From IMG/VR virus record IMGVR_UViG_3300037348_000049, positions 1-64,000 of that record: a stretch of DNA of 64,000 nucleotides. One strand, written 5' to 3'. The stretch comes from a virus. Under the pieces are notes generated by a model. The model saw only the letters and a list, made by a program, of their open reading frames with translations. It was not told where the DNA came from and did not search any database. A program made the position numbers and the translations under genes. Shown in pieces: positions 35,610-44,343 of this stretch; positions within the stretch are counted from its first letter, which is position 1; every line of letters starts with the position of its first letter.

Positions 35610-38252
35610 ATGGCAAGTCAATGGGAAGAGTCCTCTGGACGCCTCGGGCCTGCTGCGGCTTATTATGCCAGCAAGTACGGTTGGAAAATACTACCAGTAC
35701 ACGGTCTTGGCAGGGACGGTAAATGTACCTGTGGTAAGACCCATATAGATTCCAAGGAAATTGGAAAGCACCCGGCTATTAACAACTGGAATACCCAAGC
35801 GACGGACGACTTAGAGCAGCTTGCTACTTGGTGGGGGATCAATCCGGACTACAATGTTGGAGTTTTTGCTAAAGAATCCGGCTTCTTGGTTATTGATGTA
35901 GACCCTCGCTCTGGCGGCGATGAGTCGTTCATAACACTAGAAAATCGCGCAGAAGGGGCCCTACCTCCTACTGTAGAGGCAATAACTGGCGTTTGGGACG
36001 ACCGTCAAGGGAGGCCTACTCGTGGTCGTCACCTTATATATAAATGTGACCCTAACGAAAAGTTCATAGGAAACTTTAAAAGCGAAGGTCTTGGCGGAAT
36101 TGACGTTAAGCACAACGGATACATACTACTTACGCCATCTAGACATTTCTCTGGCGTTAACTACGTATGGAAACCTGGACATGCCCCCTGGGAGATGGAC
36201 ATAGCGCAGGCTCCAGAGGAATTGTTGAATGTTATCCGACCTAAGAAGAAGGCCCGTGGCACTGGAGTCTACGGAACCGCTGACTGGTCCTGGATTGGTG
36301 AGCTTGAATTTGCCGGTGAAAAAGTTGATGTTGATAAAATTATGGAAGAGGGCATTAGTGAAGGCTCTCGTGCTGTGGACATCTATCGCTTAGCCTGTGC
36401 GCTGGCAAACAAATACGGTACCGATAACGCAAACCGAACTTACATCGAAACATTGATGATTAGATTCAACGCAGAGATGGTAAAACCTCCAATGGAGCTC
36501 GAGGGGCAAAACTCCCTGCTTATGCACGTTCATAGAGCAATTGATTTCGTGGCCAATAATCCCAAGATTGATTTAGGCTGGGGCGGTCTAAGCGAGTGGG
36601 TAAAAGGTGAAGGAACCGAGTGGGCAGCTAAGAACCAAGAGGAAAAGATTCCTAGCAGGGACATAATTGTTCCGATTGTCCTGGGAGGCACGGATGACTC
36701 AGGGGGGCCAACTCCTACTTATAATCTTGGTCAGCAAATCAAAGATTTAGCATCTAGAGGTATGTCTGTAACTCAGGCTTCAAGCGGTGGTAATCTAAAT
36801 ATTCCCAACGACGTTGATGCCGTAAGTGAGTCTGACGGTGGTCGAGAAGGTTATCGCACACTAACTGATACTGGCAATGGGCGTCGCATGATTGACGCGT
36901 TCTCTTCAGTAGTAAGATATACAGAAAGTTTAGGATGGTTTTATTGGGACGGGGCCCATTGGAAGCATGACGTAGAACAGCTAAAGATTAAAGAACTTGC
37001 GAAAAGAGTCTCCCCAATGATTGCCGGTGAAGTCATAAACTACGGCCCTGGAGACGATTCAAAGAAGCAGGAGCTTGTTTCCTGGGCCAAGCAAGGTAAG
37101 TCTAATACTAGAATCTCCAACATGATAGCCAGCTCGCACACTGACGAGAGAATAACATCTCACGTTGATCAGTGGGACGATAAGCCACATCTTTTAGGCG
37201 CGTCTAATGGAATTATTGACCTAAAGACTGGAGAACTTCTCAAGGGGCGTCCAGATTTATATATGACAAAAAACACACCTGTCTCTTACACACCCGGACT
37301 AAAAAATATTCGTTGGACTGAGTTCTTAAACTTTGTAACAGACGGAGACGAAGAGTATCAGAGATGGCTTCAAAAGGCCGTAGGATACACCCTGACGGGA
37401 CTAGTAGAGCAGGACGTTATGTTCTTGGTATATGGCCCTCCAGGGTCTGGTAAGAACACTTTTGTGGAAACTATTGTAAACGCATTGGGCACAAAAGAGT
37501 ATGCTTTTTCTTTAGATAGTCAGGTCCTAGCGTCTAATGACGGTATGTCCAGTAGGACTGACGAGTACTACATGGCAGAGGTTAGGGGGCGACGTATGAT
37601 TTGGCTAGATGAGTTGCCTGATGGCGGTCGAATGAAAGAGAATCAAGTCAAAAAGATGACTGGTTCTCAGGAGTTGCAGGGCAGATCTCCTGGAGAGAGA
37701 CCTTTTACTTTTAAATCTCAAGGTAAGCTCTGGGTGACTACGAACCACAAGCCGATTATTACCGATGATGCAATGTGGCGCAGGTTGAGGCCCATTCCTC
37801 TCCTTAACATTCCTGACAAGCCTGACAGTAGCCTAAAGCCATACCTTTCTGATCTAGACGGAGGACTACCAGCCGTGCTTTCCTGGGCGGTAGAGGGTGC
37901 CATTAGGTACCTCAACTCTTCAGAGTCGGACCCGCTTGGCTGGTGTACGGTTGTGAAGGAAGCTGCAGAAGTCTATCGAAAGAATGAAGACAGAATTGGG
38001 ATCTTCCTAGATGAAGAGACAAAAGATATGCCTGGAGCCTCTTTGCGTGTAAAAGACTTGTTTATGACTTATAAATTCTGGAGTGAAGATCGCGGCGAAC
38101 GCCCAATGACGCAGATAGCCTTCCACAGGAAGATAACTGACAGAGGGCTAAAAGTTGTTGGTACTGGATCAAAAGCCGAAATTAAAGATATGTCCAAGAA
38201 TCTCTCAATTGTGAGCAATTCTTCTGAAGTTTCATGGAGCAACTTAATCTAA
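35610..38252 (+). CDS. bifunctional primase-polymerase fused to D5-like SF3 helicase
   Basis: LVIDVDPRSGG, GRHLIY and GIDVKHNGYILLTPSRH are Prim-Pol motifs. LTDTGNGRR, Walker A GPPGSGKNT, Walker B WLDE and motif C WVTTNH mark the helicase. Confidence 0.92.
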   Translation: MASQWEESSGRLGPAAAYYASKYGWKILPVHGLGRDGKCTCGKTHIDSKEIGKHPAINNWNTQATDDLEQLATWWGINPDYNVGVFAKESGFLVIDVDPRSGGDESFITLENRAEGALPPTVEAITGVWDDRQGRPTRGRHLIYKCDPNEKFIGNFKSEGLGGIDVKHNGYILLTPSRHFSGVNYVWKPGHAPWEMDIAQAPEELLNVIRPKKKARGTGVYGTADWSWIGELEFAGEKVDVDKIMEEGISEGSRAVDIYRLACALANKYGTDNANRTYIETLMIRFNAEMVKPPMELEGQNSLLMHVHRAIDFVANNPKIDLGWGGLSEWVKGEGTEWAAKNQEEKIPSRDIIVPIVLGGTDDSGGPTPTYNLGQQIKDLASRGMSVTQASSGGNLNIPNDVDAVSESDGGREGYRTLTDTGNGRRMIDAFSSVVRYTESLGWFYWDGAHWKHDVEQLKIKELAKRVSPMIAGEVINYGPGDDSKKQELVSWAKQGKSNTRISNMIASSHTDERITSHVDQWDDKPHLLGASNGIIDLKTGELLKGRPDLYMTKNTPVSYTPGLKNIRWTEFLNFVTDGDEEYQRWLQKAVGYTLTGLVEQDVMFLVYGPPGSGKNTFVETIVNALGTKEYAFSLDSQVLASNDGMSSRTDEYYMAEVRGRRMIWLDELPDGGRMKENQVKKMTGSQELQGRSPGERPFTFKSQGKLWVTTNHKPIITDDAMWRRLRPIPLLNIPDKPDSSLKPYLSDLDGGLPAVLSWAVEGAIRYLNSSESDPLGWCTVVKEAAEVYRKNEDRIGIFLDEETKDMPGASLRVKDLFMTYKFWSEDRGERPMTQIAFHRKITDRGLKVVGTGSKAEIKDMSKNLSIVSNSSEVSWSNLI

Positions 38253-38276
38253 CTTTGAAAGTTATTAAATAAAAGA

Positions 38277-38326
38277 ACCTTATCAGTAGTGACATAATTG
38301 AACTAAGTGATCAACTACTGATAGGT
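38277..38326. terminator. hairpin in the convergence zone
   Basis: ACCTTATCAGTAGT ... ACTACTGATAGGT inverted repeat. Confidence 0.55.
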
Positions 38327-38335
38327 AACCCTATA

Positions 38336-38434
38336 TTGAGTAAAAAAGACTACGTCTGTAGCAAATGTCAAAAAAATTGGCCCGTACCGTCCTTGGCAAA
38401 AGCTTGTCAAGAAAAACACGGGCCAACTGTATAA
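38336..38434 (+). CDS. 32-aa zinc-finger micro-protein (absent from the ORF track)
   Basis: TTG start with AGGT 9 nt upstream; translates MSKKDYVCSKCQKNWPVPSLAKACQEKHGPTV, i.e. C-x2-C-x12-C-x3-H. Confidence 0.6.
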   Translation: MSKKDYVCSKCQKNWPVPSLAKACQEKHGPTV

Positions 38435-38450
38435 GTAACGTATCTAGTAA

Positions 38451-39539
38451 CTACTCATTACTCGAGGATAGTCTCTGCTGCTCTAAAGCATGATCATAGT
38501 GAAGCTGATTTACAGCAAGCCTACTATCGTTACTTAGAGATAGAGCAGTAGTATTGTAGCTCACTGCCTCCGAGTACAGCCCAAGGTTGTAGCTCGAAAC
38601 CGCGGCTAAGTCCCAGGGTAGGTCACCCCATGCAAAATCCTCGCAAAGATACTCTAATGGTCTTTCGGGTATAGCGCATGCATTCGTTGCGTAAGTCCTG
38701 CAGCTATCCCAAGAACCTTGTTCGTAGTAGTACTGAGCCAACTCAACTAGTGGCTCTCGTCTACCAGGGGCCTGAGCGACAGCCTGTATTAGCCAGTCAA
38801 CTCTGTTATCCGGCTCTACTTTGGATAGATATCGCATAGATGCAGCACGTTCCGGGGCCCATGTAGCAGTTGGTAGATTTAGGTGTCGCTTGAATTCGAC
38901 AGCAGCCTCTTCATATCGGCCGTAAAAATAAAGCTCTCTGGCGTAATAAAAAGCATTTCTGTCATCGTACAAATCTTCCTTCACAGCTTGCGCCAACAAT
39001 GGCAAGTACTGCGACCTGGGCTTTGTATTATCTGGATGGTGATGTATTTTTAGCCCTGTCCAGCTCTGTGTCTCTGCTTCATCACCATATCTAGTCAAAA
39101 CTTCGTGTACTGGATGCTTCCAGCGATAGCCAAAACGTGAGTGAATCTTATCCCCTCCGTAAACAAGCCCTGGGGAGGTCTCAGCTGAGTTCTTCCAACT
39201 CCAAGTGTACTCATAGCGAGGCCTGGTGGTGCCCTTTTCGAGGGCTTGTTCTAACTCTTCGCGCCAACCAGGGAGCAACACTTCGTCCATATCTAAGGCG
39301 ATGCAATAGTCTAGATCCTGAGGCATTGCTGCTAGGGTCGCGTTTCTGGCCATGTCAAATCTCCATGGCTTTACCGACACATCGATTACGTGTATGCCAA
39401 GCTCACCAGCTTTTTGAACAGTTAGATCGCTAGACCCAGTGTCCCCAATCATAATAAAATCAGCTTCTTTTGCTGATTCATACCAACGTTCTACGAATTG
39501 CTCTTCATTTAAAGAGATTGTGTAGACTCCTACTTTCAT
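38451..39539 (-). CDS. GT2-family glycosyltransferase with C-terminal TPR repeats
   Basis: YTISLNEEQFV..W, DTGSSDLT, FDMARNATL, IALDMDE (DxD) and WKHPVHE, followed by NAFYYARELY and EPLVELAQYYY helical repeats. Confidence 0.88.
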   Translation of the reverse strand: MKVGVYTISLNEEQFVERWYESAKEADFIMIGDTGSSDLTVQKAGELGIHVIDVSVKPWRFDMARNATLAAMPQDLDYCIALDMDEVLLPGWREELEQALEKGTTRPRYEYTWSWKNSAETSPGLVYGGDKIHSRFGYRWKHPVHEVLTRYGDEAETQSWTGLKIHHHPDNTKPRSQYLPLLAQAVKEDLYDDRNAFYYARELYFYGRYEEAAVEFKRHLNLPTATWAPERAASMRYLSKVEPDNRVDWLIQAVAQAPGRREPLVELAQYYYEQGSWDSCRTYATNACAIPERPLEYLCEDFAWGDLPWDLAAVSSYNLGLYSEAVSYNTTALSLSNDSRLAVNQLHYDHALEQQRLSSSNE

Positions 39540-40738
39540 TTTTGCACTCCTAATACGCTGATGTTTTCTCGGGGATCAAAGCTTCCGCCAATGACCATTG
39601 TTAGCATTCCTGGATTGGATTCCATGCCGCTACGGTCTCTGTACCATTCGCTTCCCGGATCTGTCGTAGGGGCCTGTACCCACAATCGGTTTCCTATGTC
39701 CATAGTCCTAAAATTATGATAGTGACCTGACACCCAGACATCAGCACTACCTAGAGGCGTCTGCCCCGCTGCGTGCCCTGATAGAAACTTCATGACATTG
39801 TTCTGTGAAGCTTGGTGGCCATGGAATATACCCAGCATACAACCATCAACATCTACCGTTAAAGTTTGGTGGCCCGAACTAGGGTATCTGAACTCAACGT
39901 GAGAAAGTTCTGGATTCTCCGCACAAATATCCTGCACTGCAGACGCAATCTCTACGTTCCACCCATCAGCTGGATCGGCAGCAACTTGACGAGTCACCTC
40001 ATCGTGGTTACCGTTAACTACAGGCACCACTAATCGATCAACCAAAGGGGCTAGAGCTTTTATTTGAGCTAATAGTAATCTACGGGCAACTCTAACTTGC
40101 TCTGTGAGTCCGAGATCTGAAGCAGCAAGACCTTGAAGTCGTCCGTTTTGGGAGGTGTTACCTTCAACGTGGTCTCCGGGAAGAGCTAGAACAATAGTAC
40201 CAGGAGCTACACCACCTTTTTTTAGTGAGTTAAATTTTTGGATTGATCTATCAGTGAGGTGTAGAATTCTATCGACAGATTGGGCACTTCCTTGTCCATT
40301 TGCTTTTTTACCAAGTTGCTGGTCGCTGGGCACTACAAGAAATGCACCACCACCAGTAGATTTTTTGACGCCCTTGGATGGTCGCCACTTTTTTATGTCT
40401 TTAATGAGTTGCTCAGAGTCAAATTCCCCGGAGAGAGCCGCGTTAGTCGGGATCACGTTCACTCGGATTGACTCGAGGTACTCTCCATCAAATTTCTGCC
40501 ACTTGCCTTGGCGCAACGAGGTGACTATCCAATTGTTCGGGTTTAATCCAAATTCTTCTAAGACCCCGGCAGCATCGGCTTCGTTTCCGGCCGGCCTGGG
40601 CTTGCCTATAAGGAAGCCACCTTTTTCGCTGTCAACGTCCATTCGAGGACGCCAATCTTCAGGTATGCCTAGCTTCTTAATATCCGACCCCGTTTGCCCT
40701 GGCTCACGCAGTTCGTCTAACTTGCTAGACAATCCCAC
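39536..40738 (-). CDS. calcineurin-like metallophosphoesterase
   Basis: SDQQLGK, GDHVEG, NGNHDE, FHGH and SGHYH motifs. Confidence 0.85.
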   Translation of the reverse strand: MGLSSKLDELREPGQTGSDIKKLGIPEDWRPRMDVDSEKGGFLIGKPRPAGNEADAAGVLEEFGLNPNNWIVTSLRQGKWQKFDGEYLESIRVNVIPTNAALSGEFDSEQLIKDIKKWRPSKGVKKSTGGGAFLVVPSDQQLGKKANGQGSAQSVDRILHLTDRSIQKFNSLKKGGVAPGTIVLALPGDHVEGNTSQNGRLQGLAASDLGLTEQVRVARRLLLAQIKALAPLVDRLVVPVVNGNHDEVTRQVAADPADGWNVEIASAVQDICAENPELSHVEFRYPSSGHQTLTVDVDGCMLGIFHGHQASQNNVMKFLSGHAAGQTPLGSADVWVSGHYHNFRTMDIGNRLWVQAPTTDPGSEWYRDRSGMESNPGMLTMVIGGSFDPRENISVLGVQK

Positions 40739-40740
40739 GG

Positions 40741-41016
40741 TCAGACCCCACTACTAAAGCAAGCACACTCTTGACGTCTATGACGCTCTATGCTGGAGTT
40801 GCTCATCTGAAAACCCTCGGCTTTCAGTGCTCCTACAAGACGAGTGGCTGGTAGATACTCTGGGTGTAGAGTATCTATGTTTTGGAGCGTCTCTAGGTAA
40901 GCAGTTACATCACTCTCAGTAAGCCTACTTGACGTTGTTATGCGGATAGCTGCGCATTGTTTTGTTCTGTTCCTATGTAGCTTAGAAACCCTATCTATGC
41001 TTTCGGCCAATGCCAT
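40741..41016 (-). CDS. small hypothetical protein (C...HRRQEC.C, possible Zn/HTH)
   Basis: AAGGAG RBS; directly upstream of the phosphoesterase gene. Confidence 0.7.
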   Translation of the reverse strand: MALAESIDRVSKLHRNRTKQCAAIRITTSSRLTESDVTAYLETLQNIDTLHPEYLPATRLVGALKAEGFQMSNSSIERHRRQECACFSSGV

Positions 41017-41045
41017 AAGTTCTCCTTGGGTCGGTTATGCTGCCA

Positions 41046-41074
41046 AGCCTACCACAAGATGACGCGTTTATGAA
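41046..41074 (-). promoter_or_regulatory. SigA-like promoter
   Basis: Minus strand TTCATA - 17 nt - TAGGCT, with TGn directly before the -10. Confidence 0.55.
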
Positions 41075-41096
41075 GTATATTAGAAGTTTATTTTGA

Positions 41097-42503
41097 CTAA
41101 GCCCAGAACTTCCAAGAGCTCCCAGTCCAGACATATGTCTCTGTAGATGCCCAAGTCGAGCCATTCCAGACACTCACATCCGGTAGTGCCCAGTCGGCAC
41201 CGTTCCAAACCCCTCCAATAATATTTGGAAGTTGGATTCGATTAGAGGTTGTATTGATGCTAAAGTCAGCGTTGCTTGCAGTACCTGCCCAGCTGTAGAT
41301 CCCTCCGGGGGTTAAGCCTGTTATTATTTCGTTTCCACTCTGACTGGATGAATTTAAGCCAGTACCCGAGACCGAGACTGATGTTGCAAAACTGCTATTC
41401 CAGACAACACGAGCACTAGTTGAGTCAATAGCTGTTGCGGAAATATTTAATGTTGGGGTATTACTAAGAGTCTTTACTGAGGTCTCTACTGTCTCACCGC
41501 CCTGAGCGTTCGATACTTGTATTGAGTATGAATAAGTGGTGTTGGCAGACAATCCGCTAATGCTAGTTGATCCACTGCTGGAGTTGCTAATAACTGAGTT
41601 ATTATCCAATCGCCTAACAGTCACGCTGGTTGGTGCGGCGTTGCCTTCAGAAGAGCTCCAACTGATATCTACTTGACTCTGGGAGTTGCTAGACGCTCCA
41701 ATTTGACCAGTTGCCGGCTGTGCATCACTCGGGGTCTGTACCGTGCTACTGGTTGCGTTTGTCCCTGTGTGATATGAGGTACTAGTAACACCACCACCAT
41801 GTGCTGCAGAAACATTGCTATGCGCAGCAACTTTAAACGCGTAAGATGTGTTTGGACTTAACCCCGATATGGTGGCTTGGGTAGTGCCACTACCTACATT
41901 AGTGGCATAAGACCAGCTTCCGTTATTTGCTTGAGAAAGCACGCGGTATCCGCTGATTGGGATTCCTCCATTGTCACTTGGTGCTGACCAGGACAAGAAA
42001 ACACTACTGGAACTTTGTACACCTGCACTAAGATTGCGGGGGGCACTCGGAACAGTGTCTACCACGAATTCCCCGCTAAGAGTTCTACCAGATGCGTCTC
42101 CTCCTCGGCGGGCATAGATAATACCTCCAGAGCCAGCAAAAAACTCGGTACTAGTACTATCACCCTTAGAAAACCCGTAATATACAGTATTGCCTGCAAA
42201 TTTAGCTAGGTTAGGATAATCTCGTCGCTGACCGGTACCAGTTGTGGTAACTGAATCAGCGTAACCGTCTGTACCACCACTGCTGTTAGCAATGCGTAGA
42301 CGCACGACTCCACCAGCTGATGAATTTGTAAAATTTATGGCAAATTGAGTGACCCTAATTGGCATCGAGCTCTCTTGACCAATTGCACCACTAGTATTAG
42401 TATCACCGGTTCCAAAGGTATATGGACTTGTTAAATACTCAGCGCTAAATCCATTGTTTCTAACAAAAGAGTTAGAGCCTAATGGAAATGTTTTCCTAGG
42501 CAT
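41097..42503 (-). CDS. fibronectin type III repeat protein (probable virion decoration)
   Basis: VPSAPRNLSA..VFLSWSAPSDNGG.PISGYRV..GLSPNTSYAFKVAA, plus two degenerate FN3-like copies; ends WNG..W..WNG..W. Confidence 0.8.
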   Translation of the reverse strand: MPRKTFPLGSNSFVRNNGFSAEYLTSPYTFGTGDTNTSGAIGQESSMPIRVTQFAINFTNSSAGGVVRLRIANSSGGTDGYADSVTTTGTGQRRDYPNLAKFAGNTVYYGFSKGDSTSTEFFAGSGGIIYARRGGDASGRTLSGEFVVDTVPSAPRNLSAGVQSSSSVFLSWSAPSDNGGIPISGYRVLSQANNGSWSYATNVGSGTTQATISGLSPNTSYAFKVAAHSNVSAAHGGGVTSTSYHTGTNATSSTVQTPSDAQPATGQIGASSNSQSQVDISWSSSEGNAAPTSVTVRRLDNNSVISNSSSGSTSISGLSANTTYSYSIQVSNAQGGETVETSVKTLSNTPTLNISATAIDSTSARVVWNSSFATSVSVSGTGLNSSSQSGNEIITGLTPGGIYSWAGTASNADFSINTTSNRIQLPNIIGGVWNGADWALPDVSVWNGSTWASTETYVWTGSSWKFWA

Positions 42504-44320
42504 TAGTAACTAATCCAGACATCCCCCAGTTGGGCACTAGAGGGCCCAACGGTTCCTGATTTAACGTAAACTTTTCTATAAGCTGCTCCATCTACGTAGT
42601 ATACATAACCACTGGTTATAGACACCTCTCCAGCACCACTAATCGATAAAGGCGTCTGTGCGGTAGAAACTATTCCAGTAGGCCCTGTGGATCCAGTTGG
42701 TCCTTGAACGCCCTGAGCACCTGTTGGTCCTAACTCTCCTTGAACACCCTGTGGCCCCTGCGGACCTGTTGCGCCTACGCTACCTGTTGGTCCTGTAACA
42801 CCCTGCTCACCCTGATCACCTTTAGGTCCAACAATAGGTCCAATATTTTGGAATATTGACCCGTTCCATACAAAGGCATTCTTAGTGTCTAGGGTTATGT
42901 ACGCATCGTTTAGCGTATTTCCACTTGAGGGCAAGTCTGACTGAGTTGCAACAGTTCCGCGGAAATTTATTGACAACCCCTGCGGACCAGTTGGGCCGAC
43001 AATTCCCTGAAGACCTCTAACACCCTGCGGTCCAGTTGGCCCAGTTGCGCCTTTTTCAATAATTAAGGACCAGTTTGCGCCAGCTGCGCCAGGGAAATAT
43101 TGAACACCACTCACGTTTAGTGAGCTCGTTGCGTAGTATGCTCCTCCATTGAAGCTTACCGCGTCTCCTTTTACGTATGCCGATAGTTCTTGCCAAGCAG
43201 TACGCCAGGTTAATCCAACTGGACCTATTGCACCAGTTGCACCGGTTAGTCCAGTTGCACCTGTTGGTCCAGTTGGCCCAACTACTCCGGCTAATGCAAG
43301 GATCTGCCAATTGGATGTAGATGAACCAGGAAAATTTCCAACTCCACTAACGTTTTCAAAAGTTGGCGTATACCAGGTCGTACCAAGATAGGTAACTACG
43401 TTACTCTCTACGTAGTTAGAACTGGACAGCCAAGCTCCTCTGTAGGTAAATCCAACAGGACCCGACGGCCCCGTTGGGCCCAACTCCCCCTGAGTTCCCT
43501 GGATACCACGAAGCCCCTGTGCACCCGTTGGCCCAGTCGGACCTATAGGGCCAGTCGGCCCACCAGATGGTCCTGTTGGTCCCGTTGGGCCATCCTGACC
43601 CGAAGAACCATTATCCCCCTTGACTCCAGCCGGTCCAGTAGCACCAACAATTGGACCGGAATTTATCCAGGTAACATTCTCGGGGTCCCAAATATACAGA
43701 TCTCCCTGTACAATATACCCATCACCAGTGAGTCCAGCAACCTGATCCTCTAATAACTCTTCTTCTGTGTTATATTGACCCTTAATAAATACACCAGCAC
43801 CAGTGTCGCCTTTTTCGCCAGTTGCACCCTGACTGCCGACAGCACCCGTTGGCCCAGTGGGCCCTGCATCAGCAATTGTGACAATTTCTCTCCACTGATT
43901 TAAAATTCTAAAATATACAGAGTTGTTATTGCTATCCACCCAAATGTCTCCAACCTGCGGAGAATCTGGTTCTTGGGGGCCATATGTGACATTGGCGCGG
44001 CCATCTGTCTCATAGGCTGAGTTCATTGAAAAACTGACGCCAGTCCTACTGGCAGCAACTCTAACTTTGTCACCTACGTTTACAGCAAATCTAAAAGTTT
44101 CATAGCTCTGGCCGGCCCCTACTGAGATATTAGAAGCTAGATATATTCTTGAAGACTCTGCGCCACCACTTTCGGCTGGGTCAATGTAGATTGTTGATGT
44201 GACCTCTAGAGCATTTTTGTTGGTAACAACAACTGCGGCAACGGCAAAATAATCTGATGTCGCCAATAGGGTTGTTGTCTCTGCGTCGGGGGTTGTATAC
44301 CCAACTCTTCTAATTGGCAT
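42503..44320 (-). CDS. collagen-like modular fibre protein
   Basis: G-X-Y runs (GPTGPTG), two CBM5/12-like W-x-[GT]-x-W..Y..V..G..Y modules and two LP..ND[AG]Y spacer modules. Confidence 0.85.
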   Translation of the reverse strand: MPIRRVGYTTPDAETTTLLATSDYFAVAAVVVTNKNALEVTSTIYIDPAESGGAESSRIYLASNISVGAGQSYETFRFAVNVGDKVRVAASRTGVSFSMNSAYETDGRANVTYGPQEPDSPQVGDIWVDSNNNSVYFRILNQWREIVTIADAGPTGPTGAVGSQGATGEKGDTGAGVFIKGQYNTEEELLEDQVAGLTGDGYIVQGDLYIWDPENVTWINSGPIVGATGPAGVKGDNGSSGQDGPTGPTGPSGGPTGPIGPTGPTGAQGLRGIQGTQGELGPTGPSGPVGFTYRGAWLSSSNYVESNVVTYLGTTWYTPTFENVSGVGNFPGSSTSNWQILALAGVVGPTGPTGATGLTGATGAIGPVGLTWRTAWQELSAYVKGDAVSFNGGAYYATSSLNVSGVQYFPGAAGANWSLIIEKGATGPTGPQGVRGLQGIVGPTGPQGLSINFRGTVATQSDLPSSGNTLNDAYITLDTKNAFVWNGSIFQNIGPIVGPKGDQGEQGVTGPTGSVGATGPQGPQGVQGELGPTGAQGVQGPTGSTGPTGIVSTAQTPLSISGAGEVSITSGYVYYVDGAAYRKVYVKSGTVGPSSAQLGDVWISY

Positions 44321-44343
44321 CTGTTATCCTGTCTTTCCTGTAA

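Noticed and set aside
660-38000. Short minus-strand ORFs across the structural and replication genes (other than 34920-35342)
   Set aside because: All are nested antisense to well-supported genes and lack recognisable motifs.
40155-40757. 200-aa plus-strand ORF
   Set aside because: Fully antisense to the phosphoesterase, with no motifs or RBS; shadow ORF.
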